From a virus: DNA of 64,000 nt. The first letter of the stretch is position 1. Each line of letters opens with the position of its first letter. Where the stretch lies: IMG/VR virus record IMGVR_UViG_3300005613_000011, positions 32,001 through 96,000 of that record, one strand, 5' to 3'. Below are positions 10,801 through 19,566 of this stretch, piece after piece. The translations under genes and the position numbers were made by a program. Under the pieces are notes generated by a model. The model was not told the origin of the DNA. It saw nothing but the letters and a program-made list of their open reading frames with translations, and made no database searches.

Positions 10801-12662
10801 TTAACATAGATGCCAGGTATGCAGAGTTTGGTAAAATAATGATAATCTCTGACAATCTTCACAATTTAAATATAACGTCCGCGACAGCAAAATGTTTGTC
10901 GGAAATTAATTTTTATAGATATAAAGCATATAATTCTAATGCGTTCCAGACCGTTAAGGTGGATGGAAATACAATTATAGCAGACGATATAAAACTTGTT
11001 TGTGATAAGTTAGCAAACACCGCTGTTCAATATGATACTAAGTCGATTGTTATATATAATGATTTCTGGCCATTTGATCCTTATAAACCGAAATCTGAAT
11101 CTGCTAAAGATGGGGTAGTAACCTTTAGGTTGGCTTATGGTGCATCTGTTGTTGATGCGAAGGCAAGGTTATTTGTATTTTTCCCTGATGCCAGAAGAAA
11201 CATTTCCGCCGCAATGTCTCTTGATGGTGGTTTAACATGGTACTTGTTTGATGGGTTGATTAGACTTTTACAAAGAGAATCTGCCAGAGCACCGTTTGTT
11301 ATTTACAATAAGCGTAATGATTTAATCAGCTTGTTTTTCTTGTATGAGGAGAGATCTGGTAGTGGAGACTTGCTTGCTGTAAAACATATACCAGCATCGT
11401 TATTTAACGCTACTGATGCTTTTACCCCTTATTATCCTCCAGAAACAACCACTGGATTCGATACGGATTTGGATCATTTTAGTGGTAACGGCAAGTCTCT
11501 AAGATGTTTATTCTCGACTATTATTGAAGGTAATGTGTCCGATTCGAGTTCTGTGTATTGTTTGCAAACCAGAGAAAATGAGGAGAACCAAGGGGGGTGG
11601 GGATGGAGCAAAACTGCTTATGCTTCGCTGTCTAGAGGTTGGAACTATTACGAAGAACAACTCAAAGAAGAATATGCCACACTGCCGGAGGATATAAGCA
11701 AAGAAACGAGTTATTTCCCAAGATTCAAATTAGGAAACAGGAAACTAGAAACGAATCTCCAAAATATCAGGTTTGCTGCTTATCATGATCTAAAGGGAGT
11801 GTTAAGACTTATTGGGGTCAGCGATACTTTCGCTTCCGAATCTGAATCTCAATCTGGTGGTAGTCCTGTTATCCAAAAGGCAAATAGCACTATGTTTATA
11901 AGAAGTTGTAGAGACTATATAAACTGGGAAGAAAATATTAGCGAAATAAATTTCCACAAGAAAAAGGAATCTTATGATGTGGGAGACCCTAATTATGAAA
12001 CCGCTTATAGCTCCGAGACATTTAAAAAGTGGTACTTAATGAATGCATTTTTATGTTATGCGACAAATAAGTGGACTAGCGTCAAGGATTGCATACAGGT
12101 CTCGTCAGAAGTTTATGCTTTTTCTGATGTTGTTTGTGATGAATCGTCTCAAGGGAAATCCAATATTGTTGACATAAAAAAGGAAAACACATCTGATTTT
12201 TGTTTCGGTGACAGTAGAGCGGAAACCGATTTGGGGCCGATTGAAGTTGTTTCTAACCCGTTGACTGGAGATGTTGCTGTTTTCTTTTCTTATCAAGATA
12301 ACCTGTTTGTTAGAAGGTTGATAAACAATTTTATAGATTATTATTCGGAAGAAAATAGAGGAAAATTAAGTGCAAATAAAGAAAAGACAATAGGTGAGAC
12401 GTTTAATTTAACCAAAGACTCGCCGAATAAACCTGTATATATAGCCGGTAAAACACCAAAGAGCGTAGATACTGATTACTATACTGTTACAACCAGAGCG
12501 TCTTCAAACGCACCTAATTCTGGTGTTTTAGGTGGCCTTAAACCTGGATCCTATTTTACAAGAAAGGGATTATTAAGAGTGTTTTATTTCGACGAGTTAG
12601 CAAATATCTGGGGAGTGACTTTATCCCTGCCTGAATTCGGTATTGTTCTGGAGGAATCTTAA
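4848..12662 (+). CDS. Giant (2604 aa) virion/tail-tip protein with poly-Ser and Ser/Thr linkers and a C-terminal BNR-like propeller region
   Basis: Long ORF directly after the tape measure gene; Asp-box SLDGGLTW; low-complexity linkers. Function not otherwise assignable. Confidence 0.55.
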   Translation: MADFDPTIKKVLHPSAHGARRCCLETEGNAYKEGEVEPWGVIPLSAKAKGIRYSFSITPVVNHSDTIPYQKRLDTTSSSESSEDGGIWPSDVPTIQTTNGSRGYGVVPGSFSNAFLPAITYEEEGSGVTYTKFDDHTDGGEIYSIRMWTTDVGDTYISENKRNELTGVESPAQRYKINSEGSREYNWEERPRDENKTTSYSDVYKEQPNNIRWWFGLDGIEPNSGDNILWGEVVQGCRDLEEEINGDELEDATTDLLIQIIASPDVSADDISEANTELGDNFEERKAAIDRYMEVIDNSESTLKSTETVTESTPAIGGVDYSRVGIATVAEQVATSLESCLNIPNAIIDNDTQTTVNNFIRSIRNKASSLKNSRIKNKKISIKQDKNIDGFFVSYINDHDYIAKNADEDEECEETFDWGFRHPVPKVFYGDSDIDDCPRLQISEKNTKGGVPVVDEGVELPPQRDFYSKDGEAIEIYSKDVLGNDFQSYDFLEGTEYTSGTWKIRNCHFKPNSENKGLVVTEWIKTTKEGDEQKQETYRETTLINNNTGGESRTFYTYIGKDGKSQNSWPKGMTVSDEEFVDKTADAKFVIQLIKRRRGIGSSSSSSSSSSSISSSSSSSISSSSSSSISSSSSSSISSSSSSSSISSSSSSSISSSSSSIISSSSSSIISSSSSSIISSSSSSISSSSSSSISSSSSSSSISSSSSSISSSSSSSSSSSISSSSSSSSSLSSSSASSMSSSMSSSMSSSSSASPPTFILAANNPFLRKKILHIDPCDENLLIFHTEVTNPYDKDWFKKCIYGRGNILDNDTISKMLLLDIKAIDCEDADDISFERGKDDCPCPCVTDNHEQTDWVLDLYVYIESGKYKLLFFRGVYEYDGMEDVPLVESVVFDDNLVTEEMAGQAYDFGDDLEYLEDACWGYRFLDDTSKILSSGHSGTCTLYPCLENFEGLNVTKFKESLNNDNRDHNALFEDKKNYAYYYSNEQDIYYEKEGSYIRSIHNDYAANYHKGGAAYNLFTPHLTTHNTMSFIFSEEQTVKHYPFTLTEDTKKVAGGFVANLNTIYPANIERVALNPRPPVGKKDEANIYKDTYKTGHFDSYCADYNANENPNKRNGSGISKYLYYKFNYDEDAVKELLRKDGEDPRPDPINEFKGSNDLTTSKILLSRALKKDDTIYITGRIVKKRHFRQIVQLHTRCTNDRLRMYKFYDWDSLDNGDEGYDLYNCLKPKSVVEAFNFTVCCHDYKDSDGNIEWEEQWRISELLTNARLIHRRWLRQHIGDDPLLKKPISSGTYYQQGKSEDICWAADTQGIIKLTLNFDGTFSSTVVLSRNKIKDSKWFQAYLTSQNLDKIKLEDKLNVAIKTLVTSSTSDKDRDYFTDIFTSGMLFDISDHVNKNIKDYEKLPYIRSFALAIGLLHDGAEVGVTNLDLTNKSGLSASVTLDLSTAHFVPSGTSATLRNSPTNAAIAGSIATVPENESSVEKAAREKKESDIENASDRYDFQSYQSYMSGYFRNAYVDSISSDMEQEMYNKMTGTEDWSTTFGADPPWSSTVTGGNSFFGGADIPPGNHSISGSDEVMYRAVPPCSGSRTKEYTTIRHLSGSMYVVGGGDHTLTMTSSSVKPLIVGNTLQDNFTGIKWTTVSNTIFLPRSSNFRIYVESFAIERDFGPNQDEFEYGTDGGADNDSEMLECCNVRTWLALENLNVEILSPSPPYDIEGAGIYVAEWPYTDAIILTSPDFVYNSVRYHYITDKEYPSWETTGVTNDEAIKIWEEAITDEWKANEREINTVPLEYWAIHFEGNIINSACPDVEVSQASFFDPDDIVSVESSTSTSTSTSTSTSTSTSTSTSAGEKFDVDKYGVDTIRTDQIVGESFAYKRGRSICFDSGKIQRYNSSAITYMDIPIIFQLSSRKAEFLLKSSNSVLQANTDVCGDYPYVYMKSLNLKFSLTDATQSTVITLCTLGQGKNRILTIVDVIELKNYNGQINIDARYAEFGKIMIISDNLHNLNITSATAKCLSEINFYRYKAYNSNAFQTVKVDGNTIIADDIKLVCDKLANTAVQYDTKSIVIYNDFWPFDPYKPKSESAKDGVVTFRLAYGASVVDAKARLFVFFPDARRNISAAMSLDGGLTWYLFDGLIRLLQRESARAPFVIYNKRNDLISLFFLYEERSGSGDLLAVKHIPASLFNATDAFTPYYPPETTTGFDTDLDHFSGNGKSLRCLFSTIIEGNVSDSSSVYCLQTRENEENQGGWGWSKTAYASLSRGWNYYEEQLKEEYATLPEDISKETSYFPRFKLGNRKLETNLQNIRFAAYHDLKGVLRLIGVSDTFASESESQSGGSPVIQKANSTMFIRSCRDYINWEENISEINFHKKKESYDVGDPNYETAYSSETFKKWYLMNAFLCYATNKWTSVKDCIQVSSEVYAFSDVVCDESSQGKSNIVDIKKENTSDFCFGDSRAETDLGPIEVVSNPLTGDVAVFFSYQDNLFVRRLINNFIDYYSEENRGKLSANKEKTIGETFNLTKDSPNKPVYIAGKTPKSVDTDYYTVTTRASSNAPNSGVLGGLKPGSYFTRKGLLRVFYFDELANIWGVTLSLPEFGIVLEES
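6651..7109 (+). repeat. Tandem ~24-bp repeat (ATTAGTTCTTCTAGCAGTTCGTCT variants) encoding a ~150-aa poly-Ser tract punctuated by Ile/Met
   Basis: Directly visible; in frame within 4848..12662. Confidence 0.95.
10331..10393 (+). repeat. Five copies of the 12-bp unit TTCTACAAGTAC, encoding (ST)n
   Basis: Directly visible perfect tandem repeat. Confidence 0.95.
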
Positions 12663-15600
12663 TGGCTGACGACAAGTATTTACTTGGTGATGATTATATA
12701 ACTAACGACATTACTCAGATTAAACAGGTTAAGTCTACTTTTACAAAAGATGCCAATGGCAATTTGGAAACGGTAAAAAATTATAATGCTGGTCGTGTGA
12801 GACTTAAGTGTTATATAAACAGGTATTGTCCTGTTACCAAGGGAAGGCACACTAATTACGGTCTGGTTTTTAGTTCTAATACTTTGAGATCGGTCCCTGA
12901 CGAAGTGTTGAAGAACTTTAGTTTTGTACCAGGTCTTGAGGGGCTGTTTTTAAGACCAAGAGTTAATTACAGGTCTAATTTTATTGTGTATCCTGTCAAG
13001 CCTGAAATTACTGAAATCCCTATTAATCAAGCGATAGGAAAAGGGCAGGTAAACTATCAAAAAATACAAACATATACATATAGTCTTTTTCGAAACGGGT
13101 TCCCGGATTACACTGAATACCAGACATGGGTAGCTGTTCCTAGTCCTATTGATGGCAAAAAATCTCCACCTGAGTCTGATTATGTTTGCGATAACGATTG
13201 TCCTTCCGATCAAAGCAGGGCAAGGTGGATGTACACCCCATTGCCCCGCCCGACAGATTCTGACAATAACAATGAAGAGGACAAAGACAAAAGTCAAGAG
13301 CCTGATGATTCGTATGTTCTTTTCCCATCACAGATGGCAAGTGCTCCATTAATACTTGAAGAACTTATAGATCCTCCAACCAAAGAAGAACTAGAAGAAC
13401 AGCAAAAAGAATATGATAAAAAGGCAGATGATTTTTTAAAAAGTAAAGGTGGAGAAGAGTATTCTGACAGATTAGATAAATTAACAGATGAGGAAGAAGC
13501 TGAACTGGTTAAGTTTATTGAAGATAATATGTCTGTTGATCTTTTATACGATTTCTTAAAAAAAAATGGCGAAGATTTATCTACGACTCCTCAACAAATG
13601 GCTTTGTTGGATATGTATAAAGAAGCCATGACAAATAAAGGTGGTCCAATTCCTCTTGAAGCAGAAAGACAAACGAAAGAGCAATACTATAAAGAAAACG
13701 AAAGAATGGCAAAAGAATATGGCAAATGGCTTCGCTCTAACCCGAGAACTAGTTCTATATTTAATAGTGATGGAACTTTTAACCCTAGAACAGCAGAGCA
13801 AGAAAGTCTCATAATTGATTGGATGGCCAATAACTATTCGCCTGCTAATTTAAATTATGAGGTAGATAATGGTTATAATCCCGCCCCCCAGGCTTTAGCT
13901 ATTCAAAAAGCAAGGCATGAAAATAAAATTAAAGAAGCTGGTGGAGTTGCTGGTTATGCTGCGTCTTCTGGTGCTATTAACGATATAAAAAATGCTGCTA
14001 CAATGACACATGAAGATTGGGTAAAGGAACTTAAAGAAGTTAATAATAGATTTGCCAATGGAACTGCTATATTTGATTCTGCTAAACAAAAAGAAGATTA
14101 TGACAACAGGGGATCTTCTGAAGAATTAACACAAGCAGAAAAAGAAACAATCGCAGATGTTTGGGCTAATAATTATTCTAGTGGATTTTTAAACGATCTA
14201 ATAAAAAGTAAAGAAAAAGTATTAAAGGAAACAGGAGATAACAAAGATAGAATTAAACTACAACTGGGTAAAATGGCCTTAGAAAAACAGATGGAAAAAG
14301 CTAGAAAAAAGATCATAGAAGAAAAGCTAAAAAAAAGACAACCAATACACTGGAGACTAAAGAAAAAGACACCTCTGTTTAAAGGACAGGACTTCTTTTT
14401 TGAATTCAGGAAGATTTCTGTAGAAAAAGACATTAAGAACGTTGATTCTAAAGAGTTTGTTGACAAGTCATATAATTTCATGGATGTGAATTTTCAAGGG
14501 GATACTTCTCTCTCTATTACTGAGGGAAAAGTAACTGGTCATCCACCTATTAACCAATCTGTCGTTGAATATAAGAAAAAAGTTACTAAATCTGAAGACT
14601 TTGTTGGCATAGAATACGAAAAAGTGGAAGACTCTATCAAGTTTCTTGATCTTAACAGGCAACCATATCTTATTCTCGAAATGAAAGGGACTGGTGGACA
14701 TTATCTCTTTGTTTTTGCAGAGAAGTATAACCCAATATGTTTCAAGGTTGTTGATATCCCTAATGGAGAGAACGGGTCTGTAAAAGTTAGTTATTTACTT
14801 AGTACCTATAAAGATGTTGTTGGCAAACAGTTGTTCAGCGGTGATGGTTTTACAATGTCTGTAAGAAATCATCTTGGGAGAATTGTTGTTACGTTTGGTA
14901 GCCTGGAAGGCAACCCGTGGATTATAGACAATTTAGAAAAACGAACAGACACTAACGAAGATGTTATTTTCAGGACACCTGCCAATTGCGAATTATATTT
15001 ATGGGGAGGAAGTTACGCAATCGCTTTTTCTTTTGGTCCACTGCAATATAATAAATCGGCTACGATTTCATTACCACCTAACCCTAAAAAATCTACTGGT
15101 TCAGCTGATGAGGTGGATAATGACGAGCCAGGTTTTACCGTAACTGATTTAGGAATAGGTTCTCATCATATTGTTTTAAGCACATCCGATATGATTCCTC
15201 AAAAGTTTAACAAAGGGAGATATAAGAGAGTAACATATTATGTGGGAGGTTCATCAGAAACCGATGTTGGTGACGATATGTATTTACAAACAAGTAAGCA
15301 TTTTTATGGATGTGACGCTCAGGAGATACAAGAAGTTTATTTTACTAAGGGTAACACTGAGCCTCAGATATTCAAAAAAGGATTGTCTAATGCATTGGAG
15401 GGATGTAAATTTACAAACACAGACGATTATATTAAAGACTGGGAAGTTAGTACACTTATAAGTCCAAGTAAGATATATATTAATGCAGCAATAGTACCTA
15501 ACAGTCTTGGAACAACGAATTCAAACTTGGGGTTGTCTTATCAAGATCTTGAAAAAAACAATAAGAATTTAAAGACCTTTGCCACTTCTGTCGAATTATC

Positions 15601-17419
15601 TTCTGGTTCGTATTTGTTTACCGGAGATACAGATGATTTTTCAGTGAACTTAAATGACCCACAACGATCTTTATTTGAAGCAGCAGCCGCAGCCCAAGCC
15701 GCAAATACTAGTGTTGGAGAATCTGTGCCTGAAGGAGGATGGATATTGAGAAATTGTATTACGCCTGTTATCACGCACCTAAGACTCGTTTCTGTTCCTT
15801 TCCACGAAGACGCGTGGAGGCCAAAAGATGATGGCATGGATGTTAGTAAACATGTTTTGAAGTTTGATGATTCGTGGTCAGCTCAAGACTTTATTACGGC
15901 GGAACATTCAGGTTCTATTTCTTTTATTATCAACAACGGTAAAGAAGTAGAAGGAAGCGAAGCAAGTAGTTTACCATATTCGGAAGAACTAGAAGCGATG
16001 AAAGATAAGGCTTTTTATATTGAAGTGTGGGCTGGGTATGATAATTGCAGCTATACGTTTGGAGATATCACAGAGGGTTCTGAACCATTGTATTATAAAC
16101 TATTTACTGGTATCTGTTTTGGCGGGACAATTACACAAGAACCTATGATCAGGAAGATGGAGTGCAAGATAGTTGATTATTCTAGAATATTAAAAGACAC
16201 TCTTTTCTTCAATTCGCCGTTTTTCGACGGGATGAGAGATGCAAATGCTGTTTACGAGATATTGAGAATGGCAGCATTTAAAGAGTTTGGTGTTGGTGCT
16301 GGCGAACAGTCTGGAGATCTAGGGCAGGGACAGGGAACATACGGAGCTACCGATCCCGCATCTTTAGTTAGTTCTTGTTGCAATAATACAGGTGGATATA
16401 TTTCTCCAACATGCGATCATAGAAGTTATGAATACGAAGAATATGCTCTTCCTTTCAGTTATAGCAGATTACAAAATCCTTTCTTCAGATTCAAAGACGG
16501 TTCGAAATTATATGATGCGATTGTTGGATTTGCTAAAAGAGGAGACAAAATGATGTTTTTTGATGCCTTTGGCGGGTTCCACTATCAATCGTCAATAGGT
16601 ATCAAGATGGCATCTCTTACCAACGAAGAATTAGGCAAGTATGCCATATGGAAATTCAGGACGACTGATACAAAAGATATTGATGATGAAACCGGGGAAC
16701 AAACAGCATGGCAATATGTGTTTAACGTTATGACTAAAGAAAGCTCTGTCGAAGATGTATATAACAATATTCACGTAGTGACATCTACTCCTAATTTTGA
16801 AGTTATTTTGGGAGACAGAGTAAATTGGGACTCAATAACAGATCCGTCTATTAAAGGTTTTCTTGGATATACAAAAACTGTATTTCAACAAGAATCTACT
16901 TTTGGTAGAGCAGAAGCTCTGAAAAATATAATGGACAGGTATAAGGCTGTTTGGGTTCCTCCTCTTGTTTACAAATTCGAAACTTATGGTCAACCATTAA
17001 GAATTTTCGATGTTGCCAGCATAGATGACAAAAATATATTGGTAACGAGTATTTCGTCTGAAATAGATCCTAATGCTAATAGGTGGTGGCAAAACATACA
17101 AGGCGAATATTTTGGAGTTAGTCCAACCATCACAGGCAAAGAAGGGACAAAAAGAGATGATGAAAACGGTGTGCAGGAAGATATTTCTGACAATCCTCTT
17201 AGGAGAATAGCAGATGATGCCTATGAAAATGTTTTGTCTGCCGCTTCTGCCGTATCTAATGCCGCTGGTGGGGTATTAGGGACTTTGAGCAACTTGACAA
17301 AGATGACATTGGATGCTCGTAACGCTATTTCGCAAGATGGTGCCATGGTTCGTGTTACTAAGTCAGGATATGGTATTATTGTCATGGAAAACAACACTGG
17401 ATCTAAACCTCTTTTTTAA
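12662..17419 (+). CDS. Large tail/baseplate hub-like protein (1585 aa)
   Basis: C-terminal third has a hub-like pattern (DVSKHV...IEVWAGYD...LFTGICFGG...MECKIVDYSRIL...ILVTSISSEID); position within the tail module. Confidence 0.55.
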   Translation: MADDKYLLGDDYITNDITQIKQVKSTFTKDANGNLETVKNYNAGRVRLKCYINRYCPVTKGRHTNYGLVFSSNTLRSVPDEVLKNFSFVPGLEGLFLRPRVNYRSNFIVYPVKPEITEIPINQAIGKGQVNYQKIQTYTYSLFRNGFPDYTEYQTWVAVPSPIDGKKSPPESDYVCDNDCPSDQSRARWMYTPLPRPTDSDNNNEEDKDKSQEPDDSYVLFPSQMASAPLILEELIDPPTKEELEEQQKEYDKKADDFLKSKGGEEYSDRLDKLTDEEEAELVKFIEDNMSVDLLYDFLKKNGEDLSTTPQQMALLDMYKEAMTNKGGPIPLEAERQTKEQYYKENERMAKEYGKWLRSNPRTSSIFNSDGTFNPRTAEQESLIIDWMANNYSPANLNYEVDNGYNPAPQALAIQKARHENKIKEAGGVAGYAASSGAINDIKNAATMTHEDWVKELKEVNNRFANGTAIFDSAKQKEDYDNRGSSEELTQAEKETIADVWANNYSSGFLNDLIKSKEKVLKETGDNKDRIKLQLGKMALEKQMEKARKKIIEEKLKKRQPIHWRLKKKTPLFKGQDFFFEFRKISVEKDIKNVDSKEFVDKSYNFMDVNFQGDTSLSITEGKVTGHPPINQSVVEYKKKVTKSEDFVGIEYEKVEDSIKFLDLNRQPYLILEMKGTGGHYLFVFAEKYNPICFKVVDIPNGENGSVKVSYLLSTYKDVVGKQLFSGDGFTMSVRNHLGRIVVTFGSLEGNPWIIDNLEKRTDTNEDVIFRTPANCELYLWGGSYAIAFSFGPLQYNKSATISLPPNPKKSTGSADEVDNDEPGFTVTDLGIGSHHIVLSTSDMIPQKFNKGRYKRVTYYVGGSSETDVGDDMYLQTSKHFYGCDAQEIQEVYFTKGNTEPQIFKKGLSNALEGCKFTNTDDYIKDWEVSTLISPSKIYINAAIVPNSLGTTNSNLGLSYQDLEKNNKNLKTFATSVELSSGSYLFTGDTDDFSVNLNDPQRSLFEAAAAAQAANTSVGESVPEGGWILRNCITPVITHLRLVSVPFHEDAWRPKDDGMDVSKHVLKFDDSWSAQDFITAEHSGSISFIINNGKEVEGSEASSLPYSEELEAMKDKAFYIEVWAGYDNCSYTFGDITEGSEPLYYKLFTGICFGGTITQEPMIRKMECKIVDYSRILKDTLFFNSPFFDGMRDANAVYEILRMAAFKEFGVGAGEQSGDLGQGQGTYGATDPASLVSSCCNNTGGYISPTCDHRSYEYEEYALPFSYSRLQNPFFRFKDGSKLYDAIVGFAKRGDKMMFFDAFGGFHYQSSIGIKMASLTNEELGKYAIWKFRTTDTKDIDDETGEQTAWQYVFNVMTKESSVEDVYNNIHVVTSTPNFEVILGDRVNWDSITDPSIKGFLGYTKTVFQQESTFGRAEALKNIMDRYKAVWVPPLVYKFETYGQPLRIFDVASIDDKNILVTSISSEIDPNANRWWQNIQGEYFGVSPTITGKEGTKRDDENGVQEDISDNPLRRIADDAYENVLSAASAVSNAAGGVLGTLSNLTKMTLDARNAISQDGAMVRVTKSGYGIIVMENNTGSKPLF

Positions 17420-17518
17420 AGAGGTGAGCGGGAAATCACTGTAGATTTAGCATAAGGATGAAAGCAAACGAAAATTTAGTCTCGCCTAATGCCGATAAGT
17501 TTCTAAGAAAAACAATTA

Positions 17519-17549
17519 AAAGGATTTAGTTAGTTAAAAAAGGAAAATT
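17519..17549 (+). promoter_or_regulatory. Putative phage promoter AAAGGA-N16-AGGAAAAT
   Basis: Weaker match to the motif at 27252, 35293, 39613 and 55912. Confidence 0.35.
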
Positions 17550-17556
17550 AAATTAA

Positions 17557-17763
17557 ATGTCCATTGAAAACTCACTTGAAATTTTTGCTAGGCGAAATCT
17601 TGAATCTGTTAGAAGTGAAATTAGCAGTAATGATGTTATGGATGATGTTTTGAAAATGGCAGATGGTTGGAGAGAACTGGGTCTTTTTATGACTGGTGGT
17701 TGCACTAATGTTTCCGGTAATTTTGCCAAGATAGGTCAAGGAGGAAAGGTTGTAGGAAGGTAA
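17557..17763 (+). CDS. Hypothetical protein (68 aa)
   Basis: Fills the intergenic gap; promoter-like motif upstream. Confidence 0.55.
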   Translation: MSIENSLEIFARRNLESVRSEISSNDVMDDVLKMADGWRELGLFMTGGCTNVSGNFAKIGQGGKVVGR

Positions 17764-17764
17764 T

Positions 17765-17890
17765 GTCAACTATATACTTCTTAAGTGAAGAGGCTTGTAA
17801 GAGTCTAAGTTGACCAGACCACTAACAGGAGAATAAAAGTTGTTAGTAAACGATAAGGAAGAAATTAGAAACGAAAGGATGACAGCCACT
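17765..17890 (+). ncRNA. Truncated IscB omega-RNA (HEARO-like) scaffold / IS200-IS605 end remnant
   Basis: GTCAACT...AGGCTTGTAAGAGTCT AAGTTGACCAGACC with GTCAACT/AGTTGAC, AGGCTT/GAGTCT and ACTAACA/TGTTAGT stems, matching the omega-RNA 5' architecture as I recall it. No iscB follows. Confidence 0.6.
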
Positions 17891-17922
17891 CTTTTTTAAA
17901 AAGAGTTTTGTTATAAAGTAAT

Positions 17923-19563
17923 ATGCCTGGATTCACTCAATGGTACAATCTCGCATACTTTGATTTTGGAGATGAGCTTGATACTACTATCAACGCTCAG
18001 CTAGAAGCGGATCGTTTTGTCACAATAGACAGACAGATGTATGGGTTGTACAGGATCTTTGGAGATGGAGTTATAAGCGGTTGGGAGGTATACAATAATG
18101 GTTATAGCGAGTCTAATGGCATATCTATAGGCATAACAAACGGGGTAGGCGTTATAAGATATACTGCTGTAGAAACAGATGCTCCTTATTTTATCAATTC
18201 GTTAGTTCCTAATTCTGTTATTTATATATACGCTTTACCGCTATCTAGTTCGTCAAGCACTAGAGGCGTTGAATTTATAGCGAGTCTTACGGAACTGTCT
18301 GGTTTTGTTGTCAGAATAGCAACCATTATAACAGAAAATACTGGTATTAGTACTATAGATAATACCGTAAGAGACTATATTGCTTTTGAACGCAATATAT
18401 TAAATGTTATTAACAACCACACTCACAGAAACAGCATCACAAAAATAAATCTATCAACTGAAACGAAAGGCGTTCTGCCTGGTTCTAAGATAGATGGTTT
18501 TGATGTTGATAAACTGGAAACAGGCAGGCTAGATTCTGAAAGAATACCTGTTTTAGACCATAACGATCTGGAAAACGCAGGGAACCTTACCCATGCACAA
18601 ATAGATAGTGTTATAGAGACTATCAGCGACAATAATCTTGGTCTTCTCGGAGAAGTGGCAACAGTTAACTTGTTGAGGCAAATTATATTTTTGCGTTACA
18701 GGTACGACAATGCCGATCAATATTTTGTAAACGAGCTTGTTATCATTCCTGGTTTTTCTACCTCTAGACATATTGATTATAATTCAAGTTCTGCTCTTAT
18801 CGATGAAGATAATAGTTGTATAATAGGCTATCCTGTTGGTAGCTCGTATACTTACTTTTTTACACAAAATTTCACATTGCCTGCCAGAGCTACAAAAGCT
18901 ATAATAACGAGTAATAAGTCTGTTCCTTCTGATTCATCTATCGTGTTTGGTGTCAATACCACAAATTCCATTGATTTTGATAATTATACAACTGTTACAG
19001 AGGATTCGGTTACAGACATTCCTTTAGGGGGAACAAGCATAAGAGTAGGAATACAGTTTTGCTGGACAGGCACTGTTCCTGATTTTAGCGATTCTGAAGA
19101 TACTTTCAGTGATTTTGTTTATTTCTTCTTTGAGAATACGGCAGCAGAACAGGAGTTTCATTTCAGAGTAAGATTTTACGATTCATATGATGGCACGAAT
19201 GTTAGCGGGTTGTTATTGACAGCGGAAAGCAGGACAGATCAGGAAAGGTGGTTTGTAACAGACGAAGACCAGACATTTACTGATGCTATGCCATGTTGCG
19301 GATATGAGGTTGATACAAACCAGGAAATAGTAGTGAATTATTATCCTGATTTATCAAGATTTTTATTTAATAAGAGATATTACGTCATTGTAGACGTGTG
19401 GGACGGAGATTCCTACACGCTTGCTTCGGACGTTTCTACGTTTAGGGTAGCAGGTGGCAGTGTTGTTGATTTATGCACTAAGTATGATTATCTCCCAATA
19501 GTAAAGAATTTTGGTATTATGTTCGAGCTAGAAAACGGTCAACATGTAACGTTGAATATATAG
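17923..19563 (+). CDS. Virion tail/fibre-associated protein (546 aa)
   Basis: N-terminus shared with the next gene (GDGVISGWEV vs GDGVIYGWDV); HTH/HxH and GRLDSERIP fibre-like motifs. Confidence 0.55.
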   Translation: MPGFTQWYNLAYFDFGDELDTTINAQLEADRFVTIDRQMYGLYRIFGDGVISGWEVYNNGYSESNGISIGITNGVGVIRYTAVETDAPYFINSLVPNSVIYIYALPLSSSSSTRGVEFIASLTELSGFVVRIATIITENTGISTIDNTVRDYIAFERNILNVINNHTHRNSITKINLSTETKGVLPGSKIDGFDVDKLETGRLDSERIPVLDHNDLENAGNLTHAQIDSVIETISDNNLGLLGEVATVNLLRQIIFLRYRYDNADQYFVNELVIIPGFSTSRHIDYNSSSALIDEDNSCIIGYPVGSSYTYFFTQNFTLPARATKAIITSNKSVPSDSSIVFGVNTTNSIDFDNYTTVTEDSVTDIPLGGTSIRVGIQFCWTGTVPDFSDSEDTFSDFVYFFFENTAAEQEFHFRVRFYDSYDGTNVSGLLLTAESRTDQERWFVTDEDQTFTDAMPCCGYEVDTNQEIVVNYYPDLSRFLFNKRYYVIVDVWDGDSYTLASDVSTFRVAGGSVVDLCTKYDYLPIVKNFGIMFELENGQHVTLNI

Positions 19564-19566
19564 AAA

